In this document: positions 38,380-51,350 of the stretch, one piece after another
Layout of the letters: the number at the start of each line of letters is the position of its first letter
Position numbering within the stretch: the stretch's first letter is position 1
Assembly (NCBI RefSeq): GCF_006345805.1
Contig: NC_043001.1
Location: 100,874,001 to 100,938,000, forward strand
Direction of reading: 5' to 3'
Origin: Octopus sinensis
Lineage: Eukaryota
Length of the DNA stretch: 64,000 bases
The notes under the pieces: model-generated
Seen by the model: only the letters and a program-made list of their open reading frames with translations
Database searches by the model: none
Told to the model about the DNA's origin: nothing
Translations under genes and position numbers: made by a program

Positions 38380-39920
38380 TTTGCTTAAGGAAACATTTAT
38401 CCAAAGTTGTTGACATTTACGATGCCTTGTCCCTGTCTATAGCTCAATATAGAAACTGATCTTGTAATATATTCTCTTGTTTTTATTTTATGTTCATGAT
38501 GAGGATAGTTATCAGCAAAGACTCGCAAGTAACAGCCTTTCAGCCATTTCTTTTATAGTCAACTAGAATGGTGTGACTGGAACTTTTATTTTCTCTCCTT
38601 ACTCTGCAGCTTACTCTAACACAATCAATTCCTCATTGAACAAACTTTCTCTTCAAGACTCTAACAACTCAACTCATCTTGTAAAAGTTCTTGAATTCTA
38701 CATTGTTTGTGCCACAATATCTTCCTGAACAGACTCGCTGAAAGTATAAAACCTATAAATCATGGCCACAACTGGGCCATATGCTGCTTTCCCAAGTGCC
38801 ATTCATAATTGTTTTTCATTTTATCACATGACTCAGTTATATAATTCACAACAAATATAATTTTGAACATTTAAAAAAATCTTTAATTGTAGGTTTATTC
38901 TTCCTCAAAAATTACTTTTTCTGGCTTGTTTCAAAGTTCTTCTCTGATAATGTCTTGAAGTTAACTCTCTCACTTTGTTCCATTGGCTGGCTAAAAGATG
39001 TGTTCCTGTGGTTATATTCTTACATTTTATTCTTTTACTTGTTTCAGTTAATGGACTGTGATCATGCAGGGGTAAACACTTTCATATTCTTAGAGAGACA
39101 ACTTAAGTTTTCTGGATGGCTTGTTACTTTATTCAAAGGGGGAAATTTCACAGAAGAGAAATGCCTTGCACTGGATCTTTCAACAGCAGGACGAAAGCAC
39201 TTGTAAACCAGTCTTGGAAAGGTTTGTGGTTATTCAAGCCCCCTTATTTGAACACTAAATCACAAGTAGAATATGATTATGGTAGGTTACTAAAGACATA
39301 GTTTTCAAGGGATACATGAGTAAGGGATTTAATTCCCCAGTATCATTTACATCACCATGAAATGTTAGATTATATCTGGAAGCTTCGAAACCTGATGTTG
39401 ATTTTGCCTCAGAAGAAATCTCAATGAGTCATACACCTCCAGATTAGCTCAGCTTTTGCTTCATCAACATTGGACGCTTGTTTTAATATGCAGCATCCTT
39501 GGAGAAATCATTTTCTTCAGTACCTCAAAATTATTAGCACCAATCTTCATATCAGTAGAACAAAAATGCTTTTGAATTCTATGCAAAATAAGGTACCTCT
39601 TATACTTTTCAAACCAGCTTTCAGTTACCAAAAGAGATCCTGAATCAGAAATTACAGCTTTATCATCATGCAAATCATATACCAACTCTTGACTTTCACC
39701 TGTATTATATCCACACTCTGAAACCAGTACATATTAATGATCATATCAGGTCAATAATAAAATAATGTCTGGGCAGTTAAAAGACAATAGGTTTGAGCAC
39801 TGGATCGAATTATGTCTTTATTGCTAGTTATTGTTCCCACTGTGAATATTGTGAACTTCAAGGTTTTTACAATGAGGATGAGTTTCTCTCCTGTTTGTAA
39901 AAAGCAATCTCTTTAAGAAT
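38380..39920 (-). mobile_element. Decayed pogo/Tigger (CENP-B-like) transposase
   Basis: Remnants SWFEKYKRYLILH, KSTSGFEASRYNLT, LNPLLMY, SNKG, HPENL, SQPMEQ and MNGTW..WP..HD follow the Tigger domain order; many stops. Confidence 0.78.
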
Positions 39921-40922
39921 CTATTTGTAAAATATAATCCTTTTATATCTTCTTTTGGTACAACTGCTTTACCTTCAAGTTGATGACCTCATCCTAGTCA
40001 TGATAAATAAAGGCTACACACTCTATTGTATCTACTTGTAGGTAAATGCAACCATGGCAGGGAAAGACTAGAAAGGCACACCGAATATGAAAAATAGTAG
40101 AATCCAAAGAAAGATGTAGTATTCTGTTATAACAAAAAAATATGCTTTTATTTTGAATGCAAGAATGGATATCAGAAAAGGAAAGAAGTGGAGGAGGAAA
40201 TTTGAAGGATAAGAACTGTACAATGTACGAGGACGTACAGTATGAATAAAGCTGGCAGCCAGAACTAGGGTGAGAATGTTGAGATCAATGGAAAGCAAGA
40301 TCAGTGGAGTTGATAAATACATAAACAAGGTGAGGGTTTGAGAGGGAGAGGCTAATTGTATGCAAAAATGTTAAGAGCAAAGACAAACAATAAATAGGAG
40401 ACAAGCAAGTGTAGGTGCTGGCGAAAAACATTAATATCAATGAAAACAAAAAAACTTGAAGGAGAAAAAGCAAATAAATTTTAAAAATTGAAGAGTCAGA
40501 AAAATTATGAGAGACGTGGCTGGATATTTTAAAATGTCAAATGCAATATATATTGTTTCTAAAAAAAAATAATAATTTTTATACATAAATATGGCTCATA
40601 ATTTTAGTTTTCAAAATTGTTAAAATTTATCAGTTGAGGCAGAACTACAGGACATATTCCAAAATTATTGGTTATACTTTGCAATTCCTGTATGTGTGGA
40701 AATCTGTAACCAAGTTTCCATGATTAGTGGAAGATTCTCTTTGGAAACAGCTGATGAGTCATTCCTCGTTACTTGTATCCATATGTATGTGTGTGTGTGT
40801 GTGCATGTGTATGCTTGTGCGTGTGTTTGTGTACATGTGTGTCTGTGTATATGTGTGCATATGTATGTGTGTGTATGTATATATATATATATATATATAT
40901 TAATAATTATATACTTAAACAC

Positions 40923-41092
40923 AATAAGGGATTGGCTATAAACCTCTCCACGTACTGGAAAGAAAGAGACACCAAAAGACACTATTACCATCTTAAATTC
41001 TCTGAGAAATCTCAGAGATTTTAAGGTGGTAATAGTGTCTTTTGGTGTCTATTTTTCCAGAGCATGGAGAAGCTTATAGCCAATTCCTTATT
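40923..41092. repeat. 170-bp near-perfect palindrome (4-nt loop at 41007-41010)
   Basis: agacaccaaaagacactattaccatcttaaattctctgag|aaat|ctcagagattttaaggtggtaatagtgtcttttggtgtct. Confidence 0.92.
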
Positions 41093-41789
41093 ATGATTAT
41101 GTATACAATTATTAAAATATTTGTAAAATTTACCTAAAAGGTTTTTATTTCCATGCTGTCCCCCCCCCGGTAAAATCATTAATGATTTTTACCCTTTATT
41201 AAAAGGTGTATATATATATATATATAATTAAAATCAAAATGAGGGTGAAAAATTGTATATTAATTTGATAACATCAATATTAACACCAGTGGTCTAGCAT
41301 ATAAAAAAACTGAGATTCAGTAAATAGTATTTCATACATAGATATAAGAGGGAATATTTTTTTTTTAACCACTATGTGGAAACCCTTATGCCAGAAGAAG
41401 ATCTGCTATGGTCTTAACCACTAAGAATTGTTCTCCAGAAAATTTAGCACAGCAGAAACGTAAGCGAGCAGACAAAAGTAACAAAAATATAGATTAATCA
41501 TAAACAATTGTTTCACTATCAACAAATTACGTAATTTTACTTACACAATTTATCTGTAGATCGTCAGTATGATCGTCTATGCAGAATATAATTTGCAGAA
41601 CTTCACACCAGATATCAACATGAGGTTGAAAATGCATGTAGTTCTACCTATTACATTTGCATGGTTGGTGTTAGGAAGGGACTATGGAACCTGGTGTAAC
41701 TCATAGCTTTACCAGTTCTTATCAAGCCATCTGACCTATGCCAGCCTGGAAAGCAGACGTTAAATGACAACGATGATGATGACAACAAC

Positions 41790-41821
<32 letters not shown>

Positions 41822-44800
41822 CGATGACGATGACGATGATGATGATGATGATGATTAGTTGTTATTCCCAGCTGGGTGAATGACCACATACAGACTTCCT
41901 AATCAGATCACAGATTGGTACTGAGTTTATTGTTAGTGTGTAGATACAGACAGAATCTGCTTTGTGAGTTAAGATCACAATCTCTGGGTGGTCACCAGTG
42001 TTCTGACTGGGGCTTATTAGCACTTTATATCTAATTAGCAAATGATATGTTTTGTGCTTTTGTGATAAAGAAAGATGTGCAGTCCTCAGAGGTCAGATAT
42101 TGTAAAGTTTGGAAGCTGTTGAAGGCATAAAGCTAAAAACAAAGTTCTAATGATCTTCTAAAGGCCCTTAGAGACATTTAGCTTTGATTACATATTCCTC
42201 AAATTGGTGATGGGGGGAAATTATTTAGGAACTTTTTTTGTATTCTCTCTTTGTGCCTAACAGCCTCGTTAATTTTCTTTTAATTCTGATCCTTGTTCTG
42301 ATCTCGAAATTAAAACATGAAATATCTTTTGCAAGCAACATTTTAGCAAAAAAAAAAAAAATGAAAGAAAGAAAATGAAAAAGATAAAGAAAAAGAAAAA
42401 AGAAAATCGAAAAGTGTATTTAGAATTTTTAGAAAGAAACAATCAATATGGCTTAATTATATGATGTGATAAAAATCTATAATGCCTAAAGAATATTTAT
42501 TGACCAAAAATATTAGAAGTCTCAGAAAAAGTTAGTTCTTTGACCTCTCAAACTACTGCCATATCTCAAGAGATATTATTTCTTCACTACTTCCAAAATA
42601 CTTGTCTTTTAATCCTGAGATTCATCTTATGGGGATAGCATAGGTATTGATTATGATTTATTGGTGAATATAGATGAGAATATAAAGGATACGGTATGGT
42701 ATTTACTGTATCTCTTTACGCATATCTACATGTCTATGAATGTGCAGTGTGTGCATGTGCTTGCAGATACACACGTATATGTATGTAGGTAATGTGCACT
42801 TACTTCTATCCTTTTCCTCTTGAACTATGAATACACACACATACAGACACACACATACACACACTTGCATCATATTATTATATTATGTTACAGGGTGAGA
42901 GAGAGAGAGAGAAAGAGAGACTTGTTCGTGTAGTGAAGTGAGCTGACAACTTTTCTATTTTGTTAACAGCTTCTACCCTTCTTGCATAGTTTTAAAAAAT
43001 CTAGTCGGTAGCATTAGTAGAAAGATATTGAAACTCATCTAGCAAAGAAATCTTTGACAAGGTGGCCCCTAATTATAGTAATGCTTTAGCTGCTAGTTTG
43101 ATGATAAGATTACCTACATGCCCATCCCTTACCTGTTTAATGTTAATAACAGACTACATCAGATTATCTTCCTCCCCGTCACCAATTTCCTTAGATGCTA
43201 AGTAAAATATTGCTAGAAATTTTCTAAATCTGATGGATAAACATTTTCCCCTCAACCATCACTATAGGAAATGTATTCAACATGAATATCTAAATGTGAA
43301 TTATTGTTGTACCCCAACATGAAAGATACTACAACAGATGTTCAACTAAACTAACAGAGGTTAAGTGTACATGCAGAAACATCAATGTGTACCTTTCTGA
43401 GCAATTATGCAATGCAGAGGGGATAATATATTTAAATAGAAGTCAGTTCTGCTAAACCATAGTGTACAATAGAGCGTAAACACTATGATGATATGATGAA
43501 GGTAAGTTTAAGTGATGTAACATTAGTTACACATCATCTTTCAGAGACAGAGAAAAGTGGAAAGCAGCAACATTATCAAGTTATATGGGATGCTTAAAAC
43601 AACATGGTTTAGACTTTGACATTAGATAAAAAAAAGATTAAAAAAACACTTTGTGAAGCAGAACAGGCATTAAAAGGCTTAAAATCTGCAACTATTTACA
43701 AGGCATAAAAAAGATATACTTGAATAACATCAACAATTCTGGCAATTTTCTAAACATGAGATTGGAATTTTTTTTTTTACTATCTCATGCCACAACCACA
43801 AAATGTGCATAAGCCCAGGATATAGTAAACTACCATTGATCTATTTTGAACTCCCTCTTTATTTATTCAATTTATGTATTGTTCTCTTCCTACTACTCAG
43901 AACACGATCCTCCTGCTCGCCCACAATATATCAATTGTCAGAATCCCTTCTGGTGATTTTTCTCCTCTTCTAAAGATAATCTCAGAAACATTAAAATACT
44001 TTTCAATGGTTCAAATTATCTCTTTTACTATTTTCAGTCATTTGATTGTGGCAATGCTGGAGCACTGCCTTCAGTCGAACAAATCAACCCCAGGACTTAT
44101 TCTTTGTAAGCCTGGTACTTATTCTATTGGTCTCTTTTGCTGAACTGCTAGGTTATGGGGACGTGAACACACCAACATTGGTTGTCAAGCAATGGTGGGG
44201 GACAAACACACACATATGTGTGGTAAACTGTTTTTTTAAAGAGTATAAAGATTATTCTATTAGAGTTTCTAAAACCAAGTTGTGTTGCATTCGCTAATTT
44301 TCCTTTGGTTTATGTGAACTTGTCCTAAAAGCCACTTCTATTTGTAATGAATCCTTAAAATTGTGCTCATATTCTAAATTTGGTCCTTATTCTATTGGTC
44401 TCTTTTGCCAAACTGCTAAGTAATGGGATGAAAACGGACCTACACCAACTGCCTAGACAGAATGACATAATCACATGCAGACACTAATTCAATATATTAG
44501 TTCCATATTTTGGCACAAGGCCAGTAATTTCGGTGACAAAGTAAGTCGTTTACATCAACCACAGTGCTCACCCATTAATTATTTAAGTGATTCCAAAAGG
44601 ATGGAAGGCAAAGTGGACCCTAACAGTATTTGAAATCATAAATCAGAAGAAATGTTTGCAAAGCATTTTGTCCAATGTGGTTAGGATTCTGCTAGCTCAC
44701 CACCTTATGAATTCAATATCTTAAACACACACATGATAATTTTCCTCAAAGATAATTTTCCTCAAAGGAATTGGTTAGCCCAGGGGTAGTATAGAAGACC

Positions 44801-45383
44801 CTTGCCCAAAATACCCCTAACTCACACTGAATCAGAAATATATATCAAACATTAATTTTTAATATATGAAATATTTATTTAAGTATTCTAGTCACAAAGT
44901 ACACATAAGACTTTCTATGTTACTCGCTATTGTGACAAGGGAATGTCTTGAATAACATAGAATTATTTATTTCTTCAATTATATGTTTAAATACACTAAA
45001 TACGTTGAAGTGCAACACATTTGATATCCATATAAATCTTATTAATAAAATATCTAATTAAAATTGCAAAGCACATAAATAATATTGAACACGTTTCTCA
45101 TAGTCCTGGAAGAGTGAAAGAGAAATTTCAAGCAAGTATCAACCTTCAGACGTTGTAGTGGTTTGGGGTGTTGTAAATTTTGTTACGAGATGAAGCATCT
45201 ATTTCATGTTGTCACTTTAAAGCAAAACTCGTTTTATCTGCCGGTGTAGAGTATGTTGTTCTGTCGCATTTAAATATTTGCTGCCCACATACACACACAC
45301 ATACAAATAATACAAATTCATGTTCAGGAAAACATATTCACTTCTGTACATATACACATATATATACATGCACATACATGCAA

Positions 45384-45884
45384 ACATATATATATATATA
45401 CATATATGTACATATATGTGTGTGTGTGTGTGTGTATATATATACATATATATATATATATACATATATGCATGTGTATTCATATAGAATTTTGCAAAAC
45501 TTTATATCAGATACAGTTTATCTATTCATATTTGTATATGCACTTGTGTACACAAAACAAAATTTTGTTCTCTTTCATTCAAACGCACACACAATTATAT
45601 TTATTATAGATACTTATATAACTTCACGTGTGTATGTAGTATCCTGTACTAGGTTTTAATTTAAGATATTCACATTCAATCACATATGCTTCCCCCCTCT
45701 ACCTCCTCCTCCTCCTCCTCCTCCCCCTTCGCTCAGCTGTATCAGACAGTTGTCTATCCAATTCTGTTAAAAGGTACACAGTAGAATGAACAATACCAAT
45801 TCAACCAACGTTTAAATATCCCAAAATAGGTAAGATCATTTTCACAATCAAACATATTCCATCCCAAAATACACATTCCTATAT

Positions 45885-45919
<35 letters not shown>

Positions 45920-46403
45920 CATATATGTACATATATGTGTGTGTGTGTGTGTGTATATATATACATATATATATATATATACATATATGCATGTGTATTC
46001 ATATAGAATTTTGCAAAACTTTATATCAGATACAGTTTATCTATTCATATTTGTATATGCACTTGTGTACACAAAACAAAATTTTGTTCTCTTTCATTCA
46101 AACGCACACACAATTATATTTATTATAGATACTTATATAACTTCACGTGTGTATGTAGTATCCTGTACTAGGTTTTAATTTAAGATATTCACATTCAATC
46201 ACATATGCTTCCCCCCTCTACCTCCTCCTCCTCCTCCTCCTCCCCCTTCGCTCAGCTGTATCAGACAGTTGTCTATCCAATTCTGTTAAAAGGTACACAG
46301 TAGAATGAACAATACCAATTCAACCAACGTTTAAATATCCCAAAATAGGTAAGATCATTTTCACAATCAAACATATTCCATCCCAAAATACACATTCCTA
46401 TAT

Positions 46404-46420
<17 letters not shown>
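45384..46420. repeat. Tandem duplication, 519-bp unit, two copies
   Basis: Identical ORFs at 45406/45925 and shared sequence at offset 519; breakpoints lie in (CA)n(TA)n. Confidence 0.95.
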
Positions 46421-46435
<15 letters not shown>

Positions 46436-46437
46436 TT

Positions 46438-46505
<68 letters not shown>

Positions 46506-46782
46506 TACATACATGCATATGTATTTGTATATGAATATATGAGTGTGTGTGTGTGTATATATATATGTATGCATATATATTTGTATATACATGCATCTAT
46601 GTACATATATATATATGCATGTATGCCTATATATGTGATTATACATATATGCAGTTATGAATGCATCCATATATTTATATATATATAAATGCATTGTTGT
46701 AAGAATATGTATGCATGAATGTATGTATGTTTACACACACGCACATACATATATACATACATATATACATATATATACATAT

Positions 46783-46823
<41 letters not shown>

Positions 46824-47295
46824 CACACACACGTCAAACTTTTTGCTTTTTGCTTTGTTTTTTTCCTTTTTAGAATAAATTTTGCTTCTAAAATTTGGCA
46901 AACTTTTTGAATTGCTTTAAACATTCTGTTTATCTTGATTAATTTTTACCATTTTTGTTGCTTTGTCTTTTGATATCAAACTCTCTACCATTTTTGAATT
47001 ACAGGATTTGGCTTTGAATTGGTTATATTTGAGAGAAACACTTCTGAAGTCTACACTTTTGCTTTTGTTGAAACAACCTGACTGAAAGTGTGTTCACCCT
47101 TTACAAACTCTCTTAAGTAACAGTAGAAATAAATTGGCCATGTGATAAGAAATTTGCCTCTCATCCATCTGGTTCTGGGTTCAGTCCCACTGCATGGCAC
47201 ATTTGGTGAGTGTCTTCTGCCATATCCTCAGGCTGGCCAAAGTCTTATCAGTGAGTTTGGTAGACAGAAACCAAAAGAAGCCCATTGGCTATATA

Positions 47296-47860
47296 TATCA
47301 TCATTATTTAATGTCCATTGTCCATGCTGGCATGGGTTTTATGGTTTGACCTGGGCTGGTAAGCTGAGGGGCTGCACCGGACTCCAGTCTGATGCCTTTC
47401 CTAATGCCGACCATTCTGAGAGTGTAATGGGTGCTTTTACATGCCACCAGCATGAGTGCCCGTTGTGTGATACCAGTGTCTGCCATAACCATGATTTCCC
47501 TTGGCTTCATTGGTCTTCAACTCATGCATAGCATATTGCCAAAAGCCTCAGTCATTTGTATATATGAGGCTCAATGTTCATGGTTGCCAGTTGTGTGACA
47601 CCAGCATTGGCCATGGGTACGACTCCACTTGGCTTGGCAGGTCTTCTCAAGCACAACATATTGTCAAAGGTCTCAGTCACCAGTCATTGCCTCTGTGAGG
47701 CCCAACATATGAGGATCATACATCATACTTCATCCATTTGTCCCATGTCTTCCTGGGTCTACATCTTCCACAGGTTTCTTCCACACTTAAAAATCAGTTC
47801 TTCTTTACACAGCTGTCCTCGTCCATATGCATCACATGACCATAATATATATATTGGCAA
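47296..47860 (-). mobile_element. Decayed RTE 3' fragment
   Basis: Reverse complement of the RTE C-terminus and 3' UTR; further minus UTR copies at 51712-51900 and 63010-63120. Confidence 0.7.
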
Positions 47861-48029
47861 CTGGTGTTGGTGTTTTAATGATTCCATGAGTCAGGGGTTT
47901 GGCAAAAGACACTGATAGCATAAGTATCAGTCTGTAAAAATATTGAGCACTCAGGTCAAAATTCTGAAGGTGAATTCTTCGGCGATCAAACTCCATCATG
48001 GCTGCAGTTTGATCCCTGAAGTAAAGTAA

Positions 48030-48288
48030 AGATTGCTTCTCCAGTCATACCAAGTGATAAGGGCTAGTTTCCCAATTTCCATGGCATATACGTTCCCTAC
48101 CTGGACAGGACACCTGGACAGGACACCTGTCCATCGCAGGATCACACATTTCTGCCAGCTGAGTGAACTGGAGCAACATGAAATGAAGTGTTTTGCTCAA
48201 GAACACAGGGCATCACCTGGTCCAGGAATTGAAACCACAATCTTACGATCATGAGTCCAACATCCTAACCACTAAGCCATGCACCTCC
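48030..48288 (-). mobile_element. tRNA-derived SINE
   Basis: Same family as 22140-22387. Confidence 0.8.
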
Positions 48289-48888
48289 ATTAGTCTGAAA
48301 CAAGTAAAAGAATAAAAGACTAATTGACAAAAAGAAGAAAATAAAAACCTAGCCTTCTCCACTGAACTCAGAAGACAAATATCTAATATCAAAAATATAT
48401 TAATATAATGTCAAGAAGAGAGGGTCTCCTAGAAATGGAAGTCAGAATCTGAATCTATTAATTTTAGTAAAGACAAGACAAATGAGATTTTTGAAATAAG
48501 TAACAATTTCTTCAGTGAAAATATCTGAAGGAAATTCTACCAGAATATTAAAGAAGAAGGAGGGAGAAAAAAGAGGAGGAGGGGAAGGAAGGGGAGGACA
48601 ATGCAATGGAAGATACACCACCACCACCACCACCACCACCATCAACAACAACAACAATAAAAACAGCAACACCAAAAATACAAATAATCTGAAAGAACAT
48701 ATGAATCCCCAAAATGATTATAAAAAGAGAAAGTAGAAATTTACGATAGAATCACAGAACTTGGATTAGGTAAAGATGAATTTACCAACAAGCATTGTTT
48801 CAGTTCTATATTTAAGAGATGAGGAATCATGTACATTGTTTACATTATTTATATTTGACAGGTATTTGTTCTCATCTTGTTTGTTGTT

Positions 48889-48934
48889 AACACAACGTTT
48901 CGGCTGATATACCCTTCAGCCTTCATCAGGTGTC
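48889..48934 (-). ncRNA. Minimal type I hammerhead ribozyme motif (family E)
   Basis: GACAC-CUGAUGA-A-GGCUG(AAGGGUAUAU)CAGCC-GAA-ACGU-U-GUGUU. Confidence 0.7.
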
Positions 48935-48984
48935 TTGAGGAAATTTCGAACCTGGGTTCTCATTCCTAAGATATTTTTCTGCTA

Positions 48985-49019
<35 letters not shown>

Positions 49020-49268
49020 GAGTGAGCGAGCAGAGCATGCCATCAAAGTGACACTGGGGTAAAATATACGAAGCCCAGTATACCCATCATGACTACCCAT
49101 CTGATAAGGGTACACCAGGCACATGCATCACAACCATATGTGCGCGACATGGTGATCTCATAACAAGATAAACAGTACATGACCTTGCAGGTGGAGCCCA
49201 ATTAGAATTTTCTTCAGATCGAGTAACCCATCCCGTATTATGAGAACCTAAGTTCAAAATTTCCCCAA

Positions 49269-49314
49269 GGCACCTGATGAAGGCTGGAGGGTATATCAGC
49301 CAAAACGTTGAGTT
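49269..49314 (+). ncRNA. Hammerhead motif (family E, inverted copy, G12A)
   Basis: GGCAC-CUGAUGA-A-GGCUG(GAGGGUAUAU)CAGCC-AAA-ACGU-U-GAGUU; the catalytic G12 is mutated. Confidence 0.5.
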
Positions 49315-49559
49315 AACATCAAATAAGATGAGGACAAATATCCGTCAAATGTAAATAATGTAAATAATGTAAAGCGTTGTTTCCATTTGAAAGGTTCTTT
49401 GAATTTATTGATTTATGTTTTTTAATGAAAATTCTTAAATGCTGTACAGTAAAGTTCTTCCAAAATATAACCACGAGGAATCTTTAATGTGGTCTCTAGA
49501 TCAGCTAGAAACAGTTCCCATATCTCATTCATTTACATTTAGATTTTCTTTTCTGTTTG

Positions 49560-49960
49560 AAGTCACTCCTTGAGGCCTGTTTTGTCGTTGGCAAGAAGCC
49601 AACAATAAAACACACGCCCGAAGCAACCACTTATGTTGGAAGTTACAGAAAAAGAAAGGAAAAGAGAATCAAACGAGAATTTACCACAGCAATCGTAGAA
49701 GAGTGAAGAGGGAATTTTAAAGAATTAAGATTAAATAAATCTTGGAAACAAGGTGAGAGTTCCATGTTTCAGAAGCTTGAGGGGAAAAAACTAGAGAAGA
49801 AATGCTTCTTAAAAGAGGGAATCATAAAACTGAGAAAAAGTTGAGAATTAACTGAAGATAAGTGAGTTGAGTGTGGAGTTAGAAGAAGAAAAAGTCTGAG
49901 AGGAGAGAGTTGAAAGGAATCAAGCACTGACCATTTCAATCGGTCAGTGAACTCAGATCA
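49560..49960 (-). mobile_element. CR1/L2-like LINE 3' relic
   Basis: FFPSSF*NMELSP-type (FFPRT..LWNSLP-like) remnant; a similar weak RT relic lies at 40060-40440. Confidence 0.4.
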
Positions 49961-50009
49961 AGCTGAGGAGAATGTGATATTTTTAGCTGAGCAGACAAAT
50001 CAGACTTAC

Positions 50010-50122
50010 CATTCGAGCGTCATCATCATCATCATCCTCCTCCTCCTCCTCCTCCTCCTCCTCATTATCATCATCATGGCCCCTTTTTTGAAACTTGACT
50101 TCTTTGTGTGAATCTTCACAGA
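50010..50122 (-). other. Possible coding exon (acidic tract)
   Basis: Open frame CEDSHKEVKFQKRGHDDDN(E9)(D6)ARM, donor ATG|GTAAGT, phase-compatible with 58477-58551. Confidence 0.22.
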
Positions 50123-50499
50123 CTGTATTATTCTACTCTGAATAATACCATGAAAGGATATAACCTGAAATTAGGTGAGAATATGAAATTTTCATTTATT
50201 CATAAAAGACTTTCAGTTTGTAATCCATTTGCCATAGACATGCAGTGTCTCTAACAAAACACATCTTTTCTGTAAGTACGTTAACTTATCTATAGTTTGA
50301 TATGAAATATGCAGGGTTTCATTAATATACAAAGAGACTTCAAAGTCTAACACTGCAATAGATTTAAGCAAGAGGAAACCTCCGAAAGAAAATTTTTGAG
50401 AAAACATCTAGGAGCTAATATTTAAAAAGAAATTCTATACTAGAAATAAGATAAGAGGTACAAATACTCTGGTCATCCTTGTCATAAAACAGCATTTCA

Positions 50500-51350
50500 C
50501 TAAAATAATTTGAAATTCAGTGAATGGAAGGACATGAGTAAGAAAACCAGAAAACCAGTCAGTGTGTTTAATGTAGTTTGGATAAGCCTATGACTTGCCC
50601 GCAGAGTTAGAATGCCTTATATATAGAATTATTTCAAAGTAAGGACTGGTTGATATTAAGAGCTTTGACTAATCCACTACATAACTAGGCTCCGAGAGAA
50701 GCACTCTCAGAAGAAAATCAACTTTGTTTTGTTGATAGAGAACCTCCTCATTTGTAAAATACAGATGATGAGAAACACCTGTAACGAATGTTACTTGGGG
50801 AACTGACATGAAAGGTGAATAATAAAAATGCACCAAAGCAACCTCAAAGGGAAGAAAATTAATAAAAATATAAAGATATTGAATAATGAAACGAGGATAA
50901 GAGAGTGAGACGAAACAGAAATATTTAGAAATTAATGACCTCTACAGAATACACCACAGCAGACAAAGGAAGAATGGTTAAGAAGATATATTATTGATGT
51001 ATAAGATTAATACTTGAAACAGAGTTAAATACCAAAAATAAGGTGATAGTCTACATTACTGTAGCCGTCTTCGTAATAAGTTACAGTAATAATATTTTCA
51101 ACTAATACTAAATGAATTAGCATGTCTAGACAGGAAAACTAATGAGAACTAACGACGGCATTTAGAATACAACACCCAAAAGCTAACTCAAACAGATTAC
51201 ATTTTCTTCCTTAAATAGAATGAGGTAGCAGACTTCTGTGACTATTAAATTATCATGAAATTTATACTACAGGACTACAAAGATTACCTAGAAAAGAATA
51301 AAAGGATGTTCATAACAATAGCTACACAAACATGAACAATAAACAACAAA
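50500..51350 (+). mobile_element. Older R4/Dong RT relic
   Basis: RLILETELNTKNKVI..AVFVISYS..LDRKT..HPKANSNRL with stops and frameshifts. Confidence 0.65.

Larger units (their letters stand above)
48832..49371. repeat. Inverted repeat (132-bp arms 48832-48963 and 49240-49371) with hammerhead motifs
   Basis: Arms are reverse complements; the spacer holds (ATT)n and a repeat also present at 59450-59690. Confidence 0.88.
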
